DNA of 60,183 bases, filler included, from Candidatus Babelota bacterium (GCA_017999075.1; 6 parts of 6 records of this genome joined end to end with filler, not necessarily neighbours in it), one strand, 5' to 3'; shown: positions 18,077-29,931, numbered from the whole stretch's first letter. Program-made: numbers and translations. Notes: generated by a model from the letters alone, not told the origin.

Positions 18077-19956
18077 ATTTGTTTTCCTCTGACTTCAACC
18101 GGTATTTTTTTTAAATTGTTTATCAGACAGGTTTTTTCAGATTCAGAATTTCCCGTAACTGAAAATCTCGCTTCGTCGCATTTAATCAATATTTCAGAAC
18201 ATAAAGAATAAGCTGATTCAGTTAATTTTCCTGAAATTTTTAATAAATTAAGATCGTTTAAAGTAAATTCGCCTTGAGGAAGATTGAATTTATCGCCGAT
18301 ATAATCTGCTGCGGTTTTTGCTGCTTGTTCAAAAAATTCTTTATTATCGGCAGAATTAATATTTTGTTCGAGTTTAGAAATATTAGTTTTAAATTTAGAT
18401 TCGGCAAATTTGTTTCTTGCAAATCCCGAATCTGTTTTAAGTTTATTTAAATAACGCATTATAATATAAATTAGCAAATATATTGAAACAGGAATAATTG
18501 AAAATAACAATATTAAATAATTATTATTTTTTAATCCGGTTTTCAATATTAAACTGTTATCTGAATAATTGGCCATAATTCCGGTAGCTGTTTCAATTAG
18601 ATTAGTTTGTTCTTTTTCTTTGCTGAATAATGGAATATTGAATCCAGCCGGAGCTTTCTGGTTTGTAACTAAATCTTTACCTGTAACTTGAACTGTGGGT
18701 TTAACAGTAAGCTGTATGGGTTTACTGAAAGATTTTTCGTATTTTCCTGTGTTAGGATTAAAATAAATAAGTTCTATGGAAGGAAATTCTTTAACTTTAT
18801 CAGATTTAGGCCTTATTGTAACAGAAAATTCTTTTGTACCATCGGATTTCATTTCTCCTGGGGTAGCATCTTTTCCAATATCAAAATTATCATTAATTTC
18901 TTTGTTTGATTCGATATCCGGAAGTTCAACTGGATCCATCAAACCTGTTCCTTTTACATTTATTGTCAGAATCATAGGATCGCCTACATTAAGTTTAGTC
19001 AAATCGGTTTTTGTTGAAATACTATATTTTCCTACAAGATTAGTTTGTTTGCCGAATTTCCCTAATGACGGAAGATTTGATACATTGAGTTTCAATTGAT
19101 TTGATGACGCATATAATTCTTTTACAACAGGAACTTCCTGTTGTCGGACATATCCGAAAAAGTCGCGGTATTTTTCTGTTCTTGTACCTGTAACTACTTT
19201 TGCTTTTATATTTACGGGGGGAAAATTAATTATGCCTTGTTCTTTGGGATAAATTGTTGCGCCGAAATTTATAACAGTATAATTTATATCATTCTTTTTT
19301 TCAGTTGTAATCCATCCCGAAAAATTTTGGTTTCCGTTAACTGTTATATTTTGTTTTTTTTCCTGATTCTGGTTTGATAAATCACGTAAAATAATATTTT
19401 TGTTTAAAAATCCCGGGACAGAAATATTATATTCCCCGACATTTTTTGTTACATACCATTTAACAATGTAATCTACAGGAGTGTTAATGTAAACAGATTC
19501 TTTTTTTAAAATCTGTTCGACAATCATTTCATCTGAAACCGGAGGTTTTGAAACCGCTAAATTTAATCTGTTTGACTGGTATTGTTTGCCGTCAACTTTT
19601 ACGCTGAACGGAGGAATATTATAGGTTCCAGGTTTATATGCAGTAACTGAGAAGGAATAAGTCGTAGTTGTTTTTGATACTGATTGCATTTTACCGTTAA
19701 TAATAGAAATGTTCTGCATTGAAGAATGAGATGGTCCTCCGCTGAACACAATATTCAAACCGTCAACGGAAGGAGAAGAAGGTCTGTCATTTGTAGAAGA
19801 ATTGACTTCAATTGTAATATTTGCCTGGTCCCCGATATATAACACATTTTTATCAATAACAGATTTAACCAGAATTTCAGCGGAAATATCAGTTTGAATT
19901 AATATGATATTTATTATTAAAAATAATAAAAATATAATTTTATTTTTTGAGTTCAT
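18073..19956 (-). CDS. BatD-like protein
   Basis: Signal peptide, ISIING, PGTYNIPPFSVKVDG, VGDPMILTI, YFNPNTGKY, C-terminal TM; upstream of the BatE-like gene. Confidence 0.85.
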   Translation of the reverse strand: MNSKNKIIFLLFLIINIILIQTDISAEILVKSVIDKNVLYIGDQANITIEVNSSTNDRPSSPSVDGLNIVFSGGPSHSSMQNISIINGKMQSVSKTTTTYSFSVTAYKPGTYNIPPFSVKVDGKQYQSNRLNLAVSKPPVSDEMIVEQILKKESVYINTPVDYIVKWYVTKNVGEYNISVPGFLNKNIILRDLSNQNQEKKQNITVNGNQNFSGWITTEKKNDINYTVINFGATIYPKEQGIINFPPVNIKAKVVTGTRTEKYRDFFGYVRQQEVPVVKELYASSNQLKLNVSNLPSLGKFGKQTNLVGKYSISTKTDLTKLNVGDPMILTINVKGTGLMDPVELPDIESNKEINDNFDIGKDATPGEMKSDGTKEFSVTIRPKSDKVKEFPSIELIYFNPNTGKYEKSFSKPIQLTVKPTVQVTGKDLVTNQKAPAGFNIPLFSKEKEQTNLIETATGIMANYSDNSLILKTGLKNNNYLILLFSIIPVSIYLLIYIIMRYLNKLKTDSGFARNKFAESKFKTNISKLEQNINSADNKEFFEQAAKTAADYIGDKFNLPQGEFTLNDLNLLKISGKLTESAYSLCSEILIKCDEARFSVTGNSESEKTCLINNLKKIPVEVRGKQI

Positions 19957-20025
19957 AAATTTTGTTAATAGTATTATCTATAATAAAAAATTCAAGATTA
20001 ACATTAAAAATTTTGCTGAAATATT

Positions 20026-20088
20026 TTACCACCATTCTTCGCCGCGAATTCTTCCGGCACCTTCAATGAATTTATATTTTTTATCTTT
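20026..20088 (-). CDS. C-terminal fragment of an upstream gene (possibly BatC-like), ...GAGRIRGEEWW*
   Basis: Open frame from the contig edge ending in Trp, positioned upstream of batD. Confidence 0.4.
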   Translation of the reverse strand, partial: KDKKYKFIEGAGRIRGEEWW

Positions 20089-20204
20089 NNNNNNNNNNNN
20101 NNNNNNNNNNNNNNNNNNNNNNNNNNNNNNNNTTAATTAATTAANNNNNNNNNNNNNNNNNNNNNNNNNNNNNNNNNNNNNNNNNNNNAATAATAGCTAT
20201 TATT

Positions 20205-21560
20205 TTGATGCTTTTTTTTAAATTGAACTATTTTATTAATTCTGATCATAACGGTTGGGATTGGTTTTGGCAGAATATTTCAACTCAATATCTTAGAATG
20301 GATTTGTTAAAATGGATTTGGTATATGCACAGCCAGCCGCCAGGGCATAACCTTCTTTTCGGGATATTTATAAAATTATTTTATCCCAACCAATATCTGA
20401 TGTTTCAATTATTTTCAATTTTTACAGGCGCGCTGATGATGGTTTTATTATATGAAATTGCCGACTATTTAATAAAATCAAAATTGTTAAAAACTGTATT
20501 GATTGCGCTTATTTTTTTTAATCCGGCAGTGTTTCTTTTTGAAAATTATCTGCTTTATACTTTGAACACCGGATTTTTAGTTGTACTTTCGGTCTATTGG
20601 GTGATGAAATATACAGTTACTTTTAAAAACGTGTATTTGTATTTATTATTTGCGACGATAAATATTCTGATTCTCTACAGAAGTTCATTTCATATAATTT
20701 TTATTCCTGGTTTACTTTTATATACTTATATTTTTATAACTAATCGAATTAGAACTATATTCATTTGTATACTGATTTCTTCTTTGAGTTTTGGATGGTG
20801 TTTAAAAAATTATTTATTATACGGATTTTTCGGAACAAGTAGCTGGTATGGATTAAATATTTATAAATTCATAACTACCGATTTCAATCAGGAATTAAGA
20901 AAAAAGGTTTTAAAACAATCTGATATTCCTTTATTGGTGTCAGAAAATAATCATTTTTACACTGAAGATATAACTAAATTTTCAGTTTACGGATTTAACA
21001 AAAAATCCAGACACGATTTTTTGAATGATAATAATTTTCATAACATAAATATTCCTGATATATCTAAAAAACATTCTGAGGCTGCAGTAAAAGTTATTAA
21101 AATTATACCTGAACATTATTTTAAAAATGCAGTTAAAGCATTTATTCTTTTTAATAAGCCGTCTTATACTTACGATCACCTTGAATCAAATAAGAAAAAA
21201 ATTAAAAAATTTGTAATCTTTTATAACAATTTGGTTTTTCCGGACAATTATATTTTAAAAAAAATTAATGGAAAAGATATTTATTTTTTTTCTGGAATTT
21301 TATATATTATATCCGGTATTATTATTTTTTATCAAATTTTTTTTCAGTTTTTAGTGAATATTAAACATAAAAAAATATATAGCCCTGAGTGTATACTTAT
21401 ATCATTTATTTTATTTGTGCTTATTTTTTTCACTTTAATATCTTGTTTTTTTGAAATAGGTGAAAATAACAGGTTCAGGTTTTCTATTGAACCATTTATA
21501 TATTTGATATTTTTTTATGTTATAGATGATAAAATAAATTCAAAAAAATGGAACTTTTAA
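20205..21560 (+). CDS. Polytopic membrane protein, GT-C/ArnT-like; probably 5'-truncated
   Basis: HSQPPG motif, many TMs, ENNRFRF late motif; begins at the contig edge. Confidence 0.55.
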   Translation: MMLFFKLNYFINSDHNGWDWFWQNISTQYLRMDLLKWIWYMHSQPPGHNLLFGIFIKLFYPNQYLMFQLFSIFTGALMMVLLYEIADYLIKSKLLKTVLIALIFFNPAVFLFENYLLYTLNTGFLVVLSVYWVMKYTVTFKNVYLYLLFATINILILYRSSFHIIFIPGLLLYTYIFITNRIRTIFICILISSLSFGWCLKNYLLYGFFGTSSWYGLNIYKFITTDFNQELRKKVLKQSDIPLLVSENNHFYTEDITKFSVYGFNKKSRHDFLNDNNFHNINIPDISKKHSEAAVKVIKIIPEHYFKNAVKAFILFNKPSYTYDHLESNKKKIKKFVIFYNNLVFPDNYILKKINGKDIYFFSGILYIISGIIIFYQIFFQFLVNIKHKKIYSPECILISFILFVLIFFTLISCFFEIGENNRFRFSIEPFIYLIFFYVIDDKINSKKWNF

Positions 21561-21642
21561 AAATAAAACTACTCTTATATTTATAAAATTCAGCAGATTT
21601 TTTTGAATATAATAAATTTATAACAAAACGGTTGGTAAGAAA

Positions 21643-22113
21643 ATGAAAAAATATTTTACAGTCAGTCATATAATACTGTTTATAATAATTATTGTTTTGG
21701 CAGTCTTAAATATAAAACAGAACATAATATTCTGCAAGTATAACGAAAAAAAAACAGGGGGCAAAGATATATCTAAAAAAATAGAATATGATTTTAAAAC
21801 AATTACGAAAAAGATTAATTTTAACGAAGAACAAATTAAATTGGCTGAGTCAATAAAGAATGAATTGATTCTTTTGAGCAAACAGCAGCGCGAGCTAAAA
21901 AATAAAATGCTTAATGAGTTTATTGATTTGTTCAAAAATGATAATTTTGATACAATGGCGCTTTTTGAGAATCATAAGAAAAATCAGGAAATTTCGACAA
22001 GCCAATTTTATTTTATTACAGAAAAATTTAAAGTTTTACACGACAATATTACTGTATTGCAGAGAAACGAATTAGCGGAAATATTCAGAACAAAATTTAA
22101 CAAAAAAAAATAG
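21643..22113 (+). CDS. Periplasmic helical protein, Spy/CpxP-like
   Basis: N-terminal TM/signal; INFNEEQ and ITVLQR LTxxQ-like motifs; next to an ECF sigma. Confidence 0.5.
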   Translation: MKKYFTVSHIILFIIIIVLAVLNIKQNIIFCKYNEKKTGGKDISKKIEYDFKTITKKINFNEEQIKLAESIKNELILLSKQQRELKNKMLNEFIDLFKNDNFDTMALFENHKKNQEISTSQFYFITEKFKVLHDNITVLQRNELAEIFRTKFNKKK

Positions 22114-22129
22114 CGCGGAAAATTTTTTA

Positions 22130-22651
22130 ATGGATAATAAACAATTTACGGATATTGTAGAGCAAACAAAAGGCGTGGTTATATCCGCGTTAAAACAATA
22201 TTTGAATAAAAATTTGTATGATAAGATCGATGATATAGTTCAGGATATTTATTTGAAAGTCTATAAACAATTGAATGAAAATAAATTTTTAGGAGAATCA
22301 AAAATCAGCACATGGATATATGTGATATCTAAAAATGAAGCGTTTGCTGCGAACAGAAAATATTCTAAAGAAATTAAACTTCGGAAAAAAATGGAAGAAA
22401 TGTATATTTTGAATTCAGGAAGTTTTGACGAAGACAGCTATACTGCGGATATGAAACTTGAAAAAGTAAAAAAAATTATTTGTTCGCTTCCTGAAAAATA
22501 TAAAGACACATTAAAATTATTTATAAAAGGAAAAAAAGAAAAACAAATTGCCGAAGAATTATCTATAGCTCAAGGAACGGTAAAATCAAGATTATCAAGA
22601 GGAAAACAAATAATTCAAAAAATATTTATTAAAACCGGAGGCGTTGAATGA
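22130..22651 (+). CDS. ECF RNA polymerase sigma factor
   Basis: DDIVQDIYLKVY, ISTWIYVI (region 2); IAEELSIAQGTVKSRLSRG (region 4). Confidence 0.92.
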   Translation: MDNKQFTDIVEQTKGVVISALKQYLNKNLYDKIDDIVQDIYLKVYKQLNENKFLGESKISTWIYVISKNEAFAANRKYSKEIKLRKKMEEMYILNSGSFDEDSYTADMKLEKVKKIICSLPEKYKDTLKLFIKGKKEKQIAEELSIAQGTVKSRLSRGKQIIQKIFIKTGGVE

Positions 22652-22950
22652 GCCGTTTAGACGATGAATTGGCTAAAAGGTTAAATGATAAAGAGTGGAG
22701 TAAATTGATTGCTGAAAATGTAATAAATAAATATAATGAGCAAATTTCAATAAAACCCTATTTTAAAATTGCATGGTCAGCAGCAGCTATAATAATTCTG
22801 TTTGTTACTTTATTTTTTAATTATTATTCTAATGATGCAGTTTCATCTGCGCATCGCATACAGGAATCAGTAGCTAAAGACGTTATTAATGATGAACAAA
22901 TTGATTCAAATATTAATATTACCGAAGAAATTGCTTACCTGTTGAATTAA
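22648..22950 (+). CDS. Small single-TM protein, putative anti-sigma factor
   Basis: ATGA overlap with the sigma gene; WSAAAIIILFV TM. Confidence 0.55.
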   Translation: MSRLDDELAKRLNDKEWSKLIAENVINKYNEQISIKPYFKIAWSAAAIIILFVTLFFNYYSNDAVSSAHRIQESVAKDVINDEQIDSNINITEEIAYLLN

Positions 22951-22989
22951 AAAAAATATTTATTTTAGTTTAATGATAAAGGAATTTTT

Positions 22990-24432
22990 ATGAAACAATT
23001 ATTTTTATTTTTTGTTATGACATTATTATTTTCAATAAGTTTGTCTGCTCGGGAGAAATCTGTTATGAAATTAACTCTTGAAGACTGTTTGAGAGCAGGT
23101 TTAAATAACAATTTTGATGTTAAAATTTCAAAAATAAATCTTGAAATTAAAGAACAGGACATTATAAAAAAAGAATCTGAATTTGATCCTGATTTAAGTG
23201 TTTCGCTTGGAAAAAATTCTAATTCTTCAAATCAGAATTATGCTGATTTTTCCATAACTAAAAAGACTCAAATAGGAACAAATTTACAATTATCGCATAG
23301 TATTGACAGAGATAATTATAATAGTTCATTCGGAGGTTCTTCGTATAATTCCAATATGGAATTTAAAATTGTCCAACCTCTTTTGAAAAATGCCGGAAAA
23401 ACAGTTAATACTGTATTTTTAAAAATAGAAAACAATAATAAAGTTATTTCAGAAAACGATTTGACTGAAAAAATAATGCAGTTATCTGCAAATATAGAAA
23501 AAAAATATTGGGATTTAGTTTATTATGTGGAATTGTTGGAGCTGAAAAAACAAAATTTAAAATTAGCTGAAGATTTGCTTGAAAATAATAAAAAACAGGT
23601 TATGCTTGGATCTCTTGCTCCTGTTGAAATAACTCGCGCTGCAGCCGGAGCAGCAAATAGAGAAGAAGGAATAATTACCGCTGAAAATAGTTTAAATGGA
23701 ATAAGAGATGATTTATTAAATCTTATGAATATTGCAGATACTTATATATCCTGGAATGGTGAGCTTTTTCCTGAAGATAAACCTTCAATTACCGAATCAA
23801 TTCCTGATTTGAAAGAATCAGTGGATTTCGCTTTTTCAAATCTGCCTGAATATTTGACATTCAAAAAAAAACTTGAAAACAGTTCGTTGAAAATTGAATA
23901 TTACAAAAATCAGGAACTGCCTGCTATTGATCTGGAGACTACTTTCAAGCTGAATGGGATTGATGGGACTTGGGTTAATTCATACGAAGAAATGAGTGAT
24001 TATGACAATAAATCGTGGTCACTAAAATTTGGATTTAAGATACCTATAGGTGATAGATACAATAAATCGACAATAAAACAGGAAAAATTAATTAATGCGC
24101 AGTTAGTTTTTGAATTTAAAAAATTAGAGCAAAATATTATATTGAATATCAAATCCCGAATACGTGAAATTGGGGCGACTTTAAAAAGAATATCTTCCGC
24201 AAAGAAAGCTTACGAACTTGCGCAGGAAAATTATAAAATTGAATTGAAACGCTTTGAGTTAAACCAATCTACAACTTATGACGTATTGGAATTCCAGGAA
24301 GCTTTAATGGAAGCTCAAACTAATTTACTTAAAGCAATAACAGATAATCAGAAAGCTGTAACAGAATACAGATTAGTTGCAGGAAAAACACTTTTAGAGA
24401 ATAAGTTGTTAACTGAATTTGAAGAAAAATGA
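22990..24432 (+). CDS. TolC-family outer membrane efflux protein
   Basis: Signal peptide, LTLEDCL...NN, QPLLK, YWDL, LPAIDL, RFEL...TYDVLEFQ. Confidence 0.9.
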   Translation: MKQLFLFFVMTLLFSISLSAREKSVMKLTLEDCLRAGLNNNFDVKISKINLEIKEQDIIKKESEFDPDLSVSLGKNSNSSNQNYADFSITKKTQIGTNLQLSHSIDRDNYNSSFGGSSYNSNMEFKIVQPLLKNAGKTVNTVFLKIENNNKVISENDLTEKIMQLSANIEKKYWDLVYYVELLELKKQNLKLAEDLLENNKKQVMLGSLAPVEITRAAAGAANREEGIITAENSLNGIRDDLLNLMNIADTYISWNGELFPEDKPSITESIPDLKESVDFAFSNLPEYLTFKKKLENSSLKIEYYKNQELPAIDLETTFKLNGIDGTWVNSYEEMSDYDNKSWSLKFGFKIPIGDRYNKSTIKQEKLINAQLVFEFKKLEQNIILNIKSRIREIGATLKRISSAKKAYELAQENYKIELKRFELNQSTTYDVLEFQEALMEAQTNLLKAITDNQKAVTEYRLVAGKTLLENKLLTEFEEK

Positions 24433-24485
24433 TTTATATCTGCTTATAAAGTTGATGTTACAGAAATATAATTTAGTATGAAAAG

Positions 24486-25859
24486 GTGCTACATATGAAA
24501 AAAAAAGTTATATATATCGCGATATCAGTTTTGATAATAATTTCGGCAGTTTATCTTTATATAAAACAAAAAAATAAAAATGTATCAGAAAATATTAGTT
24601 TGTCGCAGAAATTTGGAGAAGTGATTAGTGGAGATTTATATGTAACTGTCAATTCGACAGGAGTAGCTGAACCGAATTTAGTTGTTGAAGTAAAGTCTAA
24701 AGCTGGAGGAGAAATAATAAAAATTCCGTTTGAAGAAGGAGATGAGGTGAAACAGGGAGATTTACTTTTGGAATTAAATCCTGTTGATGAACAGAGAAAT
24801 TTAAGCAAAGCAGAAGCAGGAGTGCAGGAAGCTGAAGCGAGTTTATCTATAGCCAAATTTAATTTAAGTATTGCGCAGGCAAATTATGAAAATTCTAAAG
24901 TAACCATTGAATCCTCATTGAAATCTGCTAAAGCTGCTTTTGAAGAAGCAAAACAAAAATTTTTAAGAAATGAACAGTTATTTAAAGAAAAATTAATTTC
25001 AACCGAACAGCTTGAAACATTGAAAAAATCATTTATTGTTGCAGAATCGCAGTATAATCAGTCTTTAGCCGACAGTTATACTTTGGTAATAAAGGAAAAA
25101 GATATAAGCATAAGCAGAGACAGAATCAAAACTGCTGAAGCAGGTTTGATAAAAGCAGAATTGACATTGAAAGATGCAAAAGAGAGGATTAAAGAAACCA
25201 AAATATATGCGCCTATGAATGGAGTAATAATTCAAAGAAATGTTGCTGAAGGACAGATAATATCGTCTGCAACTTCAAATGCCGGCGGCGGAACATTACT
25301 TATGAAACTTGCGGATATTTCAAGCATATACGTAGTTGCGGACATAGATGAAAGCGATATAGGTCAGATTGAACCTGAACAGGAAGTATCGATTACTGTT
25401 GATGCTTATAAAAAAAAAAAATTTACAGGTATGGTCGAACGTATAAAACCTCTTGGAGTTGATAATAGTAATATAACAGTTTTTAAAGTGAAAATAAAAG
25501 TTACGGATGAGGATGCAAAATTGTTATTATCGGGAATGACTGCAAATGTAGAAATTCTTGTTGACGGGAAAGAAGATATTTTGTATGTTCCGTATCAGGC
25601 AGTAAAATCTAAACGCGGAAAAAACGGCATTTATATTGCAGGATCTCCCTCCAAAAACGCAAAATCCGAGTACAAATTTATTGAAGTTAAAACAGGCATA
25701 ACAAATGGAGAATTTATAGAAATAGCATCTGATGAAATTTCTGAAGGAACAAAAGTTTTTCTTGAAAATCCTGAAAAAATAAATTTGAAAAAATCCGAAA
25801 ATAAAAGTATACTTCCTGTTGGTCCGAATCAGAGGCGCAACAGCAGGCGGAATCGGTGA
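24486..25859 (+). CDS. MacA-like periplasmic adaptor (membrane fusion protein); likely start ATG 24495
   Basis: VEVKSKAGGEI...EEGDEVKQGDLL, IYAPMNGVI, DESDIGQI, GMTANVEI. Confidence 0.9.
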   Translation: MLHMKKKVIYIAISVLIIISAVYLYIKQKNKNVSENISLSQKFGEVISGDLYVTVNSTGVAEPNLVVEVKSKAGGEIIKIPFEEGDEVKQGDLLLELNPVDEQRNLSKAEAGVQEAEASLSIAKFNLSIAQANYENSKVTIESSLKSAKAAFEEAKQKFLRNEQLFKEKLISTEQLETLKKSFIVAESQYNQSLADSYTLVIKEKDISISRDRIKTAEAGLIKAELTLKDAKERIKETKIYAPMNGVIIQRNVAEGQIISSATSNAGGGTLLMKLADISSIYVVADIDESDIGQIEPEQEVSITVDAYKKKKFTGMVERIKPLGVDNSNITVFKVKIKVTDEDAKLLLSGMTANVEILVDGKEDILYVPYQAVKSKRGKNGIYIAGSPSKNAKSEYKFIEVKTGITNGEFIEIASDEISEGTKVFLENPEKINLKKSENKSILPVGPNQRRNSRRNR

Positions 25860-25928
25860 GCATATTAAAAAAAATTGTTTGAAATATTTTTTATATAACA
25901 AGTATTGCTGGATAATAAATAAAAAATT

Positions 25929-26603
25929 ATGGGTATAATCAAACTTAAAGAAATAACCAAAAAATATATATTGGGAAAAATAGAATTAGAAGCGCTGAGA
26001 GGAATAAATCTTACAATAAACAGCGGAGAATTTCTTTCAATAATGGGGCATTCAGGGAGCGGAAAATCAACAATGATGAGCATACTGGGATGTCTTGACT
26101 CTCCCACTTCAGGAGAATATTATCTTGATAATGAAGATGTGTCAAAATTAAGTGAAAATTATCTTGCTGATATAAGAAATAAAAAAATCGGATTTGTATT
26201 TCAAACTTTTAATCTTATGTCTAATTTAACTGCATTTCAAAATGCTCAATTGCCTCTGCTGTACGGTAAATATCATGACTCTAAAAAAGCTCCTGAAGAA
26301 GCTTTGGAAATAGTTGGGCTGAAACACAGAAAAAATCATAAACCATCGGAATTATCCGGAGGAGAACGGCAGCGCGTTGCTATAGCAAGAGCAATAGTAA
26401 CTAAACCTTCAATTATAATGGCAGACGAACCGACTGGGAATCTGGATACCAATACCGGAAACCAGATTATGGATATTTTTACAGAACTCCATAAAAATGG
26501 AGCTACTATAATTCTGGTTACCCATGAACCGGATATAGCAAAGTATTCTAAAAGAATTGTTGTACTCAAAGACGGACAGATTGTCAATGATGAGAAAAAC
26601 TAA
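25929..26603 (+). CDS. MacB/LolD-type ABC ATP-binding protein
   Basis: [36 protein letters not shown]. Confidence 0.93.
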   Translation: MGIIKLKEITKKYILGKIELEALRGINLTINSGEFLSIMGHSGSGKSTMMSILGCLDSPTSGEYYLDNEDVSKLSENYLADIRNKKIGFVFQTFNLMSNLTAFQNAQLPLLYGKYHDSKKAPEEALEIVGLKHRKNHKPSELSGGERQRVAIARAIVTKPSIIMADEPTGNLDTNTGNQIMDIFTELHKNGATIILVTHEPDIAKYSKRIVVLKDGQIVNDEKN

Positions 26604-27837
26604 TACCGGACTATTTAAATGCTTAAATATAATTTTTGGCTTGATAGATAAAATAATTTTTTATAATCTGACAATTGAACCTGAAATTTGTTCCAGTACG
26701 AGAAACCGCTTAAAACTCAAAGATTATCAAACATCTTATTTGAATTTTAAAAAAAAATTTTTCCAAAATTTAAACTTTGTTCTAAATCCGGTTGAACGCG
26801 GTAGAAAATTATATCAGTTTTCACCGTCATTTATGAAACATGACGGAGTCGGCAATTTAGGGGTATTCCTGGATAAAAAATTTCAAAAAAAAGGATTTAT
26901 TACTAAAATGTTTGCCATTGATTTTAATAAAGAATTGTACAGAAATATCAGTGATATAACAGAATTTAAAAATGATTTGAAACCTAAAGATATTGTTGTT
27001 CTGCATTATACCGGAGATTCTGAAATTAATAATATAGCAGCAAATTTGAAATGTGAAAAATGGTTTTTTTATCATAATGTAACCCCGTCTCATTATTTTA
27101 AGAATTATAACAGGGATATTTACGAACTTACCCTTAAAGGCAGGGAAAAACTTTTTTCATATAAAGATAAGTTTAACAAATCCGTCACCTGGTCGGAATT
27201 CAATGCTGATGAATTGAGAACAATAGGTTTTAAAAATGTGAATGTGGAGCCATTGCCCAAAGATTTTAATATGCTTGATTCAGAAGTAGACAATGATTTA
27301 TATGAAAAATACAATGATGGATATTTTAATATTATTTTTGTGGGAAGAATTCTTCCATATAAAAATTATAAATTTTTAATTGATTGTTATAATGAATTTA
27401 AAACTAAATTTTGTCCGAAATCAAGGTTGCTGCTTCCCGGAGTTTTTGATGATACTAAATATAAGGAAGAAATTGACAATTTTATCGTTTTGAATAAAAT
27501 TAATGACATTGTATTTTTCGGAAGAATTGAACAAAATAAATTGAACGCGCTATATAAAGTTTCAAATTTGTTTTTATGCGTGAGCGGTCACGAAGGATAC
27601 TGTATGCCTATAATAGAAGCAATGTATTTCGGAATACCGATAATCGCGCTGAATAATGGGGCAGTTAAGGAAACAGTTTCTTGTGGAGGAATAATTCTTG
27701 ATTCCAACACTGATAAAAAAAATATAGCGAATGAAATTTACAATATATATTCTTCAGAAAAACTGAAAAATAAATTTTTGTTGAATCAAAAAAAAATATT
27801 GTTAGACAGATATTTTAATTATGATTTTAACGATTAA
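26557..27837 (+). CDS. GT4 glycosyltransferase (start uncertain)
   Basis: [35 protein letters not shown]. Confidence 0.85.
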   Translation: MLYSKTDRLSMMRKTNTGLFKCLNIIFGLIDKIIFYNLTIEPEICSSTRNRLKLKDYQTSYLNFKKKFFQNLNFVLNPVERGRKLYQFSPSFMKHDGVGNLGVFLDKKFQKKGFITKMFAIDFNKELYRNISDITEFKNDLKPKDIVVLHYTGDSEINNIAANLKCEKWFFYHNVTPSHYFKNYNRDIYELTLKGREKLFSYKDKFNKSVTWSEFNADELRTIGFKNVNVEPLPKDFNMLDSEVDNDLYEKYNDGYFNIIFVGRILPYKNYKFLIDCYNEFKTKFCPKSRLLLPGVFDDTKYKEEIDNFIVLNKINDIVFFGRIEQNKLNALYKVSNLFLCVSGHEGYCMPIIEAMYFGIPIIALNNGAVKETVSCGGIILDSNTDKKNIANEIYNIYSSEKLKNKFLLNQKKILLDRYFNYDFND

Positions 27838-27881
27838 AAAAATCGGAGTTCAATAATTTATATTTGAGGTGAATTTATATT

Positions 27882-29903
27882 TTGGATTCAAAATTAACTT
27901 TTAAGTTTTTTTTAATTATATATTTTTTAATATTTATTTTTTGTTTAATAATTTATCCTGCATGGTATGTCTTTGATTCGAATACATACAATTTATTTTT
28001 TTGTACAGGATTGATGGGCTACCTTATTATATTCCTGTTTATAATAAGGTATCTTTTTTTAAAATTCAAAATATATGATAAGGATATTTTTTATAGTGAT
28101 AATATTGAAATTAGCCTTGGACTTAATGATAAACTGATTTTGTTTGGAATATTTATTATATATTTTTTTATAAATTATTTTCCTGTTTTCGAATTGCCGA
28201 TTCAGTCTGTTGGAGACCAGTTTTATCATAGTTATGCAGTTTGTCCAATGATTGAGCGTGCAGACGGAGTTTTGGGAAAATTAGGTGTCAATTACGAAAT
28301 TGCAGTTAAATTATTATTTTTTATTTTAATTTTATTATATGCTGTAAAAAAAATAATAATAAATATATTGCATAGAATAATCAATTCTCAATTCTATTAT
28401 TATTTTTATTTATTGGTATTTTTTTGTTCTTTCCTATTGATTGTTTTTTTAATGAAAATCGGGTTTTATGCAAATTTAGGTTCGTTTAAAGCTCATATAT
28501 TCCAATATCCTACAATGAGTAAAATCCCATTTTTAATATGGTACGGATTGTTTGGAGTTGGTTCAGGTCAAGCAAATTCGGTGCAATTAGTTTTAACATT
28601 TTTAGCGGGAATATTTTTTTATAAAATTATTTTTTATAATTTTAAAGACAGGTATATATCAGTTTGCGGACTTATAATTTATTTGTTTGTACCTCTGATA
28701 TTTTATTTTGCCCATACTTCATATTTGTCTGCAGGAGAAATATTCCTTGTAGTAGGTACAGTATATTATTATCAGTTATGGGCTGATTCGTTTAATTACA
28801 AATATTTATTAAAGTGTATTTTGTTTGCTGTAGCTGGAAATTTATACAGGAGTTCATTTGTTGTAATTGTTCCTGCTATGGCTGTATATTCATGCTATTT
28901 GGTGATGAACAATTATAAAATCAAAGGGTATTTGATTAAAAAAATTAAATTGTTTGTGTTTTGGTTTATATCATTTATCAGCATATTGTTTCCTGTTTGG
29001 CTTATAATAAAATTAAATGCTGATATTATGCCTGAAGCAAAACTTGAAAAATTATGGACATTAACTCATCTTTTGAGATTTTTCAAACCGGTTGAACCGT
29101 ATTTCCCTACACTTCAGGATACGGTTACTTATCCGATATTATTCCTTGCTGTTTTGGGAATATTGTTGTTTAAATCGTCTAAAATAAATAATGATTTGAA
29201 AAAAGTTATAATTCTTGGAACAGGATGGTTTGCAGTTTATTATACAGCTATTGTTACTGCTCATTCTCATTCCGTAAGACATCTTGCACCTGCTTATCCT
29301 GCTTTGATACTTATTTCTCTTATTATTATTTTTATAATTTTTGACATTATTAAAAAACCGATTTTTAAAATTAGTCTTACAATAATTTTTGGAATTTATC
29401 TGCTTTCATTATCTATAGTTGACTCGTTTATTCCGTTAAAAATTGTATGGTCCAAACCTAAATATAATTTAGGGATGGCAAATACTTATTTCAGATATGA
29501 CTTGTTATTTGATTACATAAAAAATGAAATTCCTTTTAATGAAAATTTTTTCGCTCCTATGATTTGTGAACCAGTTGATTTTTATTCTTATGTGTCAAAA
29601 ATAAAAAGAAAAAGGTTTGTTAATAGAGAGTTTTTAAACAGGAAAAATACCGGAATAAATGATGTTGTTGCTTATATGATTAAAAACAATATTAATTATT
29701 TTATTTTACCTTATTTGATTAATGCTGAATCACCTTATGATATTATAATTGTTCCTAATCATACTGAAATAAAATGGATTGAAAAAAAAGAATTTCAAAT
29801 GTTATTGAATTTTCCTAATAATGATTTTAGTTTAGTGAATAAATGGGAATTTGAAAAGTTCGGATTGGCTTTATTTAAAATTAATAAATCGAATTTTTTG
29901 TAA
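27882..29903 (+). CDS. Polytopic membrane protein, GT-C/ArnT-like
   Basis: More than 12 TM segments, GDQFYH, QYP, RHLAPAYP, soluble C-terminal domain. Confidence 0.55.
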   Translation: MDSKLTFKFFLIIYFLIFIFCLIIYPAWYVFDSNTYNLFFCTGLMGYLIIFLFIIRYLFLKFKIYDKDIFYSDNIEISLGLNDKLILFGIFIIYFFINYFPVFELPIQSVGDQFYHSYAVCPMIERADGVLGKLGVNYEIAVKLLFFILILLYAVKKIIINILHRIINSQFYYYFYLLVFFCSFLLIVFLMKIGFYANLGSFKAHIFQYPTMSKIPFLIWYGLFGVGSGQANSVQLVLTFLAGIFFYKIIFYNFKDRYISVCGLIIYLFVPLIFYFAHTSYLSAGEIFLVVGTVYYYQLWADSFNYKYLLKCILFAVAGNLYRSSFVVIVPAMAVYSCYLVMNNYKIKGYLIKKIKLFVFWFISFISILFPVWLIIKLNADIMPEAKLEKLWTLTHLLRFFKPVEPYFPTLQDTVTYPILFLAVLGILLFKSSKINNDLKKVIILGTGWFAVYYTAIVTAHSHSVRHLAPAYPALILISLIIIFIIFDIIKKPIFKISLTIIFGIYLLSLSIVDSFIPLKIVWSKPKYNLGMANTYFRYDLLFDYIKNEIPFNENFFAPMICEPVDFYSYVSKIKRKRFVNREFLNRKNTGINDVVAYMIKNNINYFILPYLINAESPYDIIIVPNHTEIKWIEKKEFQMLLNFPNNDFSLVNKWEFEKFGLALFKINKSNFL

Positions 29904-29931
29904 AAAATTTATTTTGGTAAAAGGTAAAAAA

